Shown piece by piece: positions 54,684 through 64,000 of a stretch of 64,000 nucleotides of DNA. The translations under genes and the position numbers were made by a program. Position 1 is the first letter of the stretch. Every line of letters begins with the position of its first letter. The notes under the pieces are model-generated. The model ran no database searches and was not told where the DNA came from. It saw nothing but the letters and a program-made list of their open reading frames with translations. The DNA is from Cycas panzhihuaensis (Eukaryota > Plantae > Cycadophyta). The stretch is from assembly GCA_023213395.1 (NCBI GenBank), contig CM041465.1:106461741-106525740 (forward strand). Direction: 5' to 3'.

Positions 54684-55786
54684 ATTTTATCCTAGGCATT
54701 AACCAAGGTCTATAGTATTAATCATTTAGACTAGGTAGATAAGTTGTATAGGCTTACCAAACAACAAAGAAAAAGATAATCGGGCAAATGCCTTTTCAAT
54801 TAAATTATGGAACAAAAATAATTATGCTAGTTGAGTTTGTCATTCCTAGTCTATGTGTTGCATGTTTCTTGAAATGGGGAGATATAAAGAAGTTGGAAGA
54901 AAGGAGTTTCAACTAAGTAATTTGGTTTTGATTTTTGAAAACTAATTTAAAACAAAACCTAGCAAGCTAAAAGCACATTGGCTTGGTCCTTTTATTTTGA
55001 AAGATATATGGTTGAATGGATCTATATTAGTGTAAACATTAGATGGAAAAGATGTCCCTACTCAAATCAATAAGAGTAGGATACAAAGGTATAAAGAAGT
55101 TAAAAATAATAATAATTCACTATCTCTACACAATGGCATTAGAAAGATTAAACTATTGATAAAAGTTATCGAAAAACAACTAAGAAAGTCATCAACAAAT
55201 GATGAAAAGAGTCAAATATCGACTAATCCACATAAGAACTGAGAACTATAAATGAAGACCAAAGAAGTACTATCGATAAAGAAGAAGTCGTTGCCATAGG
55301 TTAATAAGACCTAGCTATCGACATAAGCTTCCAACGGAAAAGTTATCAACATGAGTCAATCATACATATAAGTTGTCAATAAGATTTAATCGCCAACACA
55401 TGTTGATGAGATTTAGCTAATGATGACCTGACAATGATAAGACATAAGATGGAACAAGAAAATTAATTCCCAAAATGTGCCTGACAATGAATATTACATA
55501 ATAAAGAAAATACATCATGGAAGGAAAACTTGCAATTAATAACTAAAAGGATAATCAATTTGGTAAAATAGAAGAAAAAGTTTAAGATGGAAAATCTATT
55601 ACATCAACAAATTAAAAAAGGACATCTGGTAGGCATCAGTTAATGACAGCATGTAGAATTTAAATACTCGCAGAAAGGAAAAAGAAAATGTTAGAAAAGC
55701 AATCAAGAAGAAGGGAGCTCAAGATGCCTGAAGATATTGAGAACTGGATGCAAAGAATTTAATTGTTAAAGTAGCAAGTTGCAAAT

Positions 55787-56460
55787 ATGACGATACAAGA
55801 AGAGCAACCAAGAAAACCTTATAGCCCAGCTTATATATATGACAAAGAAATATCTTTGCATAAGGAGCAATATGAGAAATGGGCATTTAGAATGACTACA
55901 CCAACTAAGATTGGTAAAACATCATCGACAAAAAGGTCAAAGATGAAACAAGACTTCTACATCAGGTCAAGATTGCTCAAATGATATATTTTTTGGATAT
56001 ACATTGGCAGAAGTAAATAGTGCATCAAGTCCTCTTAAGGTATGATGAATGTGTTTTTCATTTTAGTAAGTGTGATTTTACCATTACTCTAGATGGTATC
56101 AATAAGCTTATGGGGTTACCCTTCAATGGGGAAGAGGTTAAATTTTCCAAAAAAATGGACAAGAAAGATATTGCTAAGGAAACTTGTAATTCAGAAAAAT
56201 GTTTTAATAGTAGAGGAATTCTTATTACTGAAATGACCCCCTCCACTCAGAAATGGGCCATAAGAATTATCTATGATACTATGATACCTAAAGCAAAGGT
56301 AACCAAAATACCCATGAAGTGTAGGTTGGTGATTCTAAAAGCTTCCAAAGGCCAAAGGTTGAAATGGGCAGAATATTTAAGCATAAAGGTAAATAGATAG
56401 GTGTGTTAATATTTGCAGAATAGTACAACCTTTCATTTTTATTCTTTGATCTTAATGATG
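55787..56460 (+). pseudogene. Extra ORF downstream of integrase, plant mobile domain (PMD)-like
   Basis: ORFs 55787-55984 and 56020-56400. FTITLDGINKLMGLPFNGEEV resembles the PMD motif TITLxDVxxLxGLPxxG, followed later by LKWAEYL. Confidence 0.6.
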
Positions 56461-56894
56461 GTAATGTTTATAATAAAAATTTCAAGGCCCTTTCCAAAGC
56501 AACTTCAAGAGCTTGAGATGTTTCTTTTTCATAATTATCAAAGAATAGTAGATTGAAAGGTAAAAATTAGAATACCTCATTTTGAAAAAGGCTATTGAAA
56601 GAGGTAGGAGATGAAAATTATGAGCATTCTTTTTATTATATTCTAATTTTTCAAGAATCATTTTCAAAACTCTCTATAAACACTTTAAAAGATGGATTCT
56701 GATTATTTTTTCGACATTTGAAAGCTCTTATTACTTCTCTTCTACCAAAACCAAGGCATATGAAAGTGTGGTTTGAATTGCAGAATCAATATGTTATGGT
56801 TGTTGGTATAAAACTTGTTGATCTTTCAGTGTTCCAAATTTAAATTTCTAATGATGATCATGTTAAATTGCTACAAAAATTATAGGCCATTCAA

Positions 56895-58370
56895 ATGTCA
56901 AGAGTGGGATCTTTATATTCCAAAGAAGAAAGGCCTAAGAAAAGACCTGCAGAAGTAACACTAGGGTCATCAACAAAAAATATCGTGGTCAAAAACATGA
57001 AGAGAAGGAGAAATATCTGGGAGGATAAGATGGAAGAACTTTGGCTAAAATAATGACGAAAGGCCCTCTTCCAAATTGACTACTATTGAATGCAAAAACT
57101 AATAAGAAGTAAAGAAGTCAAACCACTCATATGCTCGAGAAAGGAAAACATACAAGTTTAGGATCAGAATGAAACTTCGATGATGGAGTAACTTGAATCC
57201 CATTTGGATAAAGTATGGGATGATTTTCAAACCGCATTGAAAGGTAATTTACTACAGCAAAAGGATCAACAGAGTCTAGATGACTAGACTAACCCTATTA
57301 GGGTTGAAGAACAAAATCCTAAACAACAACAACTACACCATATCAATATGCTTGTCAGTATAAGTACTAAGCCTAGAGAAACCACTGGAGATAATCCAAA
57401 AATGGACCCAATGGAAGCAAGCCAAAATGATCCTGTCAAAGAAATAATACAAGAAATTCTCCATGAATTGGAAGAAGAAAATCCTTAGTTTCTATATGAG
57501 CATTAGGAAAATCAACCTATCAACATATAAGGAAATAGCAATCTGGTTTGCAAGGAAGGAAACAGAACTAGGAAATTATATCTATTATCGATAGCCCAAA
57601 TAATAAGATAGAAGAAAGGACGAATTCAATGATCGAGGAAAAGACATACCTATGAGACAAACAAGGCAAAGTATTGAAGTAAGCAAATGAAACAAACAAA
57701 GGCCATGAATTCTTATTAATCTCACACACTCCCATTTGCTAACTTGAAGAACTAGGAAATCATTTAGACAAAGATCTTGTAGACAATGCAGTATAGCAAA
57801 TTACTTTCTTATCAACATATCAATTGATTGTTGTATCAAATCAATGTATAGGTTTGATGAAGTCGAAATTAGATGATGCAATGGTTGAAGTTTTTACTTT
57901 GAAAAATCAACTTCAACAAATGCAAGCACAAGACAATTTATTTCAGATAAAGATCAAGGTAATGACATCTTCCCTTACAGTAGCAAAGAATGAAGTTACA
58001 AATCTAGCAAGGGAGCATAAAGAGTTCATTAGGAATACTCAGACAATGTTCCTAGATTTTAGTTCACAGATTGAAGCAAAGATGCAAGAATTATTTTTTG
58101 TGCAATAGTTACCTCATCATAAATCATTTGATTCTTTTAAAAATTCTTTATCTGATATTATTATTTTATGGAATAATTTATCTAGTGATTTGAATAAGTT
58201 ATAGGCCAAAGCACATTCTTTCCAAACTTGGACGCTGAAGCTAATAAAACAATGTATGAAGATTTCTTGAACACTAGGAGACGCTTAGAGAGCCTTGGCA
58301 ATCGCAACTAGGAAACAAGATTTGTATATGATACATGATTGTTACACTCAAATACGTATTAAAACATAAT
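56895..58370 (+). pseudogene. Decayed charged/coiled-coil extra ORF (second part or second ORF)
   Basis: MSRVGSLYSKEERPKKRP.., E/Q-rich purine-biased sequence, and a heptad-like ORF at 57824-58108. Confidence 0.45.
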
Positions 58371-58393
58371 GTTTAATGTTGGTTTATGTATTT

Positions 58394-59967
58394 TGTTAAG
58401 TGCCCCTCTTAACTCTCATAGGTATATTTTATTGTGATATTGAGATGTATGCACGGGTGCACACATATTCATGTAATCCTCCCATTGGTGGACATAAGAG
58501 TTCTTTCACTTGATTGGGCAAATACAAGGTCACATATACTATAAATATGCATTTATGCCTAATGCAATAATTGAAAGGTGATTATTTTTCCATATCTTTC
58601 ATTTTTTTTTTTTTTTTTTATTTGCCTCATACTTGTAACATCTTTTACATTCATATTTTCATTATGATTTCAAAGGTAATCTTTGAATCACTACTTTTAA
58701 CATGGTATCAGAGCAATTTTGGTATATAAGTTTATCATGGTATAAGAGCAGAGTTGAATCTAAGCCACTATGGTAAGGTGAAGATCTTGTCTATTAAGAT
58801 TTGAGCTAGTTTTGAACCTATTCAGGAACCTACAGATGAAGAGTAACTCGGTTGGAATCCCTTTCAATTAATAGAGAACAATACAACATTTGATCCGTAG
58901 AAAACCATATATATGACCCATCAATGCATAATGAAAAGATAGATCAAAGACCAATGTAGTTCTATGGCCACACGTTTCTTATGGAATGAAAATTCATAGA
59001 GGTAGATATCTATTATATAGTTGAGACTGTGAAGGAGAAGTGACCAGACTACCCATGACTTTACTGTCCATCCATTCGCCCATGCTTGAACAAGAATACA
59101 TAAGTCGAAATACTACCCATCTGCCCATGGAGAACATCTAAAGTCATAGTTAAAGGAGAACACTTAATCAGATTTGTTACTAGATGAAGATGTCCATAAA
59201 GTGACATGCCTAGCAAGAAGGAGTTATCGTAGAGAGATGCCCGCATGTGTGCTCGCTAAACTATGGAAGATGGAATGGAAGAGAGGATGGAACGACCCTA
59301 CTATGGAGCTGTAGACATCTATGGAGCTCTAAATGAGATCCAATCATAATTATTTGGCTACTAAATATGAGAGGATATACCATGAAATATTGCAAAGTAA
59401 CATTGCATATAATGGGAATGGCAGTCCATAGAGATAATGGTGATAGTGTCTAGCTTAACTTAAGATGGTTATGGATTGGTTACATAGTGGAGATAGTTGT
59501 GAAGAACACTACATTGACACAACCTTGAAAAATCATCACTTGTCTTGATGAGAATGACCACTTCAGAGATCTTTCATGCTTATTTGGATGAAATCAAAGT
59601 TACCTATTGGTACCATATACCACACCCCTGCACACCCACATAAACAACCACCAAATATAGATGCTCAGATGTTTGCCCAATGATGATTTAATAAAGATCT
59701 AATGCAACAAAGAATATAGATCATTCAGTTGAAGCTGCCCATATAGCCTACACTAAGCAACACATGAAGAAAATGAAGAATGAAATTGCCTATGACTCTA
59801 TGAATACGCATAATGAAACTAGGCAGCTACTACATATATCGATCTACGATGAAGGTAAATCAGAGAAACCTTATACACACAGGAAAATTTCTTGTACACA
59901 GAGATGATTTTTTCTAAAGAGTGCATTCATTATTTTTTAAACATGATCACCTCAGAGATCTTTCATG
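58394..59967 (+). mobile_element. 5' LTR (58394-58702), PBS and leader of element G, truncated
   Basis: TGTTAA...TTAACA termini, then a perfect tggtatcagagc at 58703-58714. Confidence 0.7.
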
Positions 59968-60081
59968 TCCGGCAACTCCATTTTGTTGTGGGGTACCTGC
60001 TACTGTTGTTTGATGCTTAATGCCATTGTCCCGAAGGTAGCTTTCAAACTCATATGAGGTATATTCACCACCATTATCAAT

Positions 60082-61212
60082 TCAAAGACATTTAAGTTGA
60101 TAACTTGACTCTTTTTTAGTGAGGGCTTTGAATTCCTTAAATATACGGAATGCTTCATCTTTCTTGTGTAAAAAAGCTACCCATACTTTTCTAGTGAAAT
60201 TATTAATGAAAGAGATGTAATATAGCTTGCCCTTCAGTGAAGGAATGGGCATTGGCCTGCACAAATCAGAGTGTACCAATTGTAATGGATGGCTTAATTT
60301 CCACTGACTTTTAGGAAAGGGTTGTCGATGAGATTTGGCAATGATATAAGCTTCATATTTAAAGGGCTTAGAGGAAAACTTTGGAAGGTTTGGAAGAGTG
60401 TTAGAAAGATCTCTAAGTCTATCAATATGAACATGGCCCATACGAGCATGCCAAAGATCTTCTGGTGATAATGTTGGATGGGTCAAGATGGAATTAAATG
60501 TAAATTCTTCATTGACACAAGGGCTTTGGGCACAATGGGCTTCAAAAGATGGAGAGCCATTCAGTCGAAAGAGTTTGCCACATAGATGTCCAATCAAAAC
60601 CACCTGACTAGTTGGAGGGTGAATGACCTTAAGAGTCTGGTCATTTGCGGTTACACTCAGATCAAATCCACAAGAAACAAGTGTGGATAAAGAGAGTAGG
60701 TTTTGTTTGAGATTGGGTATGTATAAGACATCAAGCAATGTAAACTCTTCTAAGGCTGGGAGTTTCAAGTGAATGTTATCAATTCCTTCAACAAGTTGTT
60801 GTGATTTATCAGCCATGTGAACAACTCCATGAACATTTGAGTCAAATGTTTGATATAGACTGCGATTGCATGTCATATGTTGAATTGCTCTTGTGTCCAT
60901 GATCCACTGTCCATTGATTGAAGCCATACTATTGGCAATTCCAATAGGGCTTGGCATTGGTGAAGGGAATTCACAAGTGATATATCCACACCGAGCTTCA
61001 AAGTATCTCTTTGGTTGGTCAATGGCATTTGATGCTAAAGATCCCTCAATTCTTTGAATGTGTGCTTGTATAAAACCTATACCACTAAAGGATTCTTTAC
61101 AAGTTTCTTCAACATTATGAGCTCCATGTTTTAGTTGGAACTTAGCCAACTTATCAGTGGCAGTTTTGCAATCTTTTGCTAAGTGTCCTTTACGGTTACA
61201 CTGATTACACAT
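60082..61212 (-). CDS. Open fragment of Copia polyprotein: zinc knuckle, protease, GAG-pre-integrase, integrase N-part
   Basis: 376-aa ORF with CNQCNRKGHLAKDC, WIMDTRAIQHMT, LWHARMGH and LQLVHSDLC. Part of a disrupted gag-pol, probably not functional. Confidence 0.85.
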   Translation of the reverse strand: MCNQCNRKGHLAKDCKTATDKLAKFQLKHGAHNVEETCKESFSGIGFIQAHIQRIEGSLASNAIDQPKRYFEARCGYITCEFPSPMPSPIGIANSMASINGQWIMDTRAIQHMTCNRSLYQTFDSNVHGVVHMADKSQQLVEGIDNIHLKLPALEEFTLLDVLYIPNLKQNLLSLSTLVSCGFDLSVTANDQTLKVIHPPTSQVVLIGHLCGKLFRLNGSPSFEAHCAQSPCVNEEFTFNSILTHPTLSPEDLWHARMGHVHIDRLRDLSNTLPNLPKFSSKPFKYEAYIIAKSHRQPFPKSQWKLSHPLQLVHSDLCRPMPIPSLKGKLYYISFINNFTRKVWVAFLHKKDEAFRIFKEFKALTKKESSYQLKCL

Positions 61213-62882
61213 AATAGTTTGATTACCAGTCCCTGAAGAAGTACTGGTTTGGCCTAACTGTCTTGCTCTTTGTTGAGGTGGCCCTTGGCCTTGAAATTGT
61301 CAGGGTTATAATTGAGGATTTAATTGACCTTGTGGACGATTTCCCATATTTCTTTCTCTTCCTCTTGCTATGTTATTTCCTCTGCCATGAGAGGGACCTT
61401 GATTTTTTGTGTAGCAAACTTCTTCTTCTACCTCAAAGGCTGCATCTAGAAGAGAGTCAGAGGCTATAAAGTTTGTATCAAAGGTCTTGTCAAATTCTAT
61501 AAACTTCTCAGCAAGTGCTTCGAAGTTGAGTGTCTTTAATGTTCCACTAGATTGAAGACTTCCAAGCAAGTTTTTATAATCAGGGACATGTAAACATGAT
61601 TGGATCAAAAATATCCAAGTGATGCATTGGGTCTTAAAGTCTTTGTCAATTGCCTGTTTGATTGGTCAACGGAGATCTATTATCTCATAAGCTCATCCCT
61701 TTTACATTTTTTATTTGTTTATTTTCAAAATAAGATGAACAAATTCTAAATCTAACTTTGTATCAAAGTTCTTTTTAAGAACTTCTAGGACCTTCCAGGT
61801 TGTATCATGTTCATCTTCATTTATCAAGTTGTACAAGGAGTGATCAATGACCAATAAAATTCCTGCATAAATCTTTTCATCATCTCTCTCCCATTATAGT
61901 TTAGTTGCAACATCTGTAGGAGCTGTTAGGGCGGATCCACTCGAAGCAGCTGTTGTAGTCATTGCCGGTGTGCTGGGTGTACGCTGTAAGTGGGCTCTCC
62001 AAAGGCCTTCATATTTTGTAGCATTTTTAATTCTAGTGTACCATATATCCCAATTTTCTTTGCCTTTCAATATGCAGTTAACATTTTACTTGAATTGAGA
62101 TGACATGGTGATGATGAAGAAGTAGAAGAGATGATAGAAGTATGTGCCATTAACACGTGTGGCTAGTACACCTGGTACAACAGGGATGTAGAAATGATTA
62201 TTATAATGAGAAGCAAGCAATGATTAACTATTTTTCAACAATTATATAAAAAATGAATATAAGTAATGATGTAAGAATGAGGCCTAATGTAGAGCTGACA
62301 AAGAGTGGTGATGTGTCATGCCACTAACCTCTCACTTATGTCCAAATGTATGTGAGGTTTCGATGCCTAAGGCTTTTAGTATACGATTACGGCCTTCACC
62401 CGCGATACCCACACCTACGCTTGGTGATGAAATCCAAGTCATAGTGGATCCCAGGTACTCTCAATCCTCACCCAGTTCACCAATGAGTAGCTATATACCT
62501 CCTCCAAAGAGTCAAATGGTACTGCGTATCCTACGGTTATGATGGATATTGGACCAGGTTAATTTTAATCTTGCATTAAGATTTTCAGTTTTCCCAGGTG
62601 GTTATCAGGATTATCCCTGATTAGAGGCCGTAGGTATGGCTAACCTATCCCTCCCGCACTATTCTGGTTAGGACCAGACCCAGTATGAAACTCACACCTC
62701 CCTTAGGGCCTGGACTTCGGCCAACCTTTGTCTATTTCAACTAAGGCGAGTGTATTCACAAGTCAAGAACTGGTGGTATAGAATGTACAGATGAGATTCC
62801 TTTACGAATAGTGTAAGATGTTTCCATATAATTGAAAACTAAAATAGAAACTTGTCAAATGTGCTTGCTTGCTTTCGTGCTT

Positions 62883-62993
62883 GCTTTGTTGTTGCTGCTT
62901 TTGTGATGCTTTGTTGTTGCTGCTTTTGTGATGCTTTGTTGTTGTTACTGCTTTTGTGATGCTTTATTATTGTTGTTACTTTTGTGATGCTTT
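62883..62993. repeat. ~25-28-bp tandem repeat x4 in B2 leader
   Basis: Units of gctttgttgttgctgcttttgtgat. Confidence 0.9.
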
Positions 62994-64000
62994 ATGCTAT
63001 GTGTGCAAATAGAAAAACATACTAGATTTAGTAGGGAAACTTGATGTTGCTTCCGATCTAAGATTTCCCTCGTTTTAGTACAATGTTTCCAAATATGATT
63101 TTGGAAGTTTTGATAAAAAATCCATAATGGGCTAAAAAATGGATCAACTTTCCACTAAAATGATGACTTTTATAAATCTATATGCATGCTATTTTGCCCT
63201 ATTTTGTGATTTTTTCACAAAATTTACAAATAATGATAAATAGGTATTTTTTTAGAAATTACAAATATAAAGGCCTAAATGATAAAATATAAATTTATGA
63301 TAGAAGGAAAGAGTGTTCATAATGATATTTCTAGTAGAGTTATGAAGTTAGATTTCAGAAAACACACAAAAACTTTTCTGCTCGAAAAAACACCAAAGTA
63401 AAATCATGCCAGATCAACTATCTCAGAATCATGACTTCAATATGTCAAAAGTTACATTTTGACATTTACATTAACTTTTCCTTTCACACCATCTACAAAA
63501 TCTTCCAAAAACTTAACCAAAATGCCCTTGCAAGGTCCTTTATGGGGTTGAGTAGGCAAAATCAGCAACTGTGAGAAACTTGCATAGATCTCACTAACCA
63601 GTGGATGAAATTTGATAACATTTATCTTAAACTAATATTAATACATAAATATACTAGATCCCTTAATAAAAATTTTAGATCTTCAGCTTATAATTGAAGG
63701 ATTTCATTAGGAAAAGTGTTTTAAATCACTTATCCACAAAATTTACCCTTTCTATCATAGCCAAAACTTGCTGTTGCAGGATGAATCTGAAGTTTCTCCA
63801 AAAGATAAAAATGATCCTCTAGTGAAGGCAACCTTGCATGCCAAATTTCATCAAATTCTGAGATGGTTGAATGTTTATGAAATTTTGGGCCTTTAATGCT
63901 TCCGGGACTATTCTGGCAGCCGAACGACTTCAAAAACCTGTATTCTTCACCTCTGAATTTCTGCACACATGTACAAAGTAGCAACATGTAAAATACTATA

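Larger units (their letters stand above)
49343..55100 (+). pseudogene. Athila/Tat-like RNase H C-part and integrase, split by Copia E
   Basis: RNYATTK*EGLALIYAFQKFNHYLL, GGH-like RGHIAG, CDICQR, KWGINFVRPI, WVEA..LVSDRGTYF, YPQYN, and after 54688 KLKAHWLGPF. It could belong to element C or A. Confidence 0.85.
59970..64000 (-). mobile_element. Younger Copia B2 (same family as B1): leader, gag, protease, partial integrase
   Basis: ATG at 62106 (MSSQFK*NVNCILKGKENWDIW) matches B1. The leader is homologous to 24.5-25.1 kb. Truncated after TPQQNGVA; the 5' LTR lies beyond the window. Confidence 0.92.

Noticed and set aside
62318-62542. 74-aa Pro/Ser-rich ORF as an antisense gene
   Set aside because: Short, antisense to the leader, and lacking any recognisable motif; I see no support for an equivalent ORF in B1.
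62560-62625. Possible hammerhead ribozyme (minus strand CTGATAA...GAAA)
   Set aside because: The core needs CUGANGA; G8 is absent in both B1 and B2, and I could not build the three stems.

Overview
AT-rich eukaryotic (land-plant) heterochromatin-like DNA made almost entirely of nested, decayed LTR retrotransposons. I find no host gene, RNA gene or CRISPR array. From left to right: a chromoviral Ty3/Gypsy pol remnant (1-2.9 kb); an opposite-strand Gypsy gag with a 37-bp minisatellite leader; a 3.0-kb non-autonomous LTR element with a TSD; (TG)n and (TA)n microsatellites; and decayed Copia sequence. A Copia gag-pol (16.8-20.2 kb) is then interrupted by Athila/Tat-like Gypsy element A, which hosts a full-length Copia (23169-30757) and is interrupted in RT by further LTRs. 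A second Athila/Tat-like element C has its gag split by a three-LTR tandem chromovirus dimer (35072-45907, one AGCCT TSD). Next come an RNaseH-integrase split by an internally deleted Copia (50386-54683), a PMD-like extra ORF, another LTR+PBS, and a younger minus-strand Copia of the same family as 23169-30757. Nearly all ORFs are broken by C>T/G>A transitions. Most notable: a second Gag-capsid-like domain between protease and RT in element A, the PMD-like extra ORF with a possible intron, the tandem dimer, a conserved structured leader in the Copia family, and templated filler DNA at deletion junctions. All alignments and translations were done by eye. LTR, TSD and PBS coordinates are exact or near-exact; domain boundaries are approximate.
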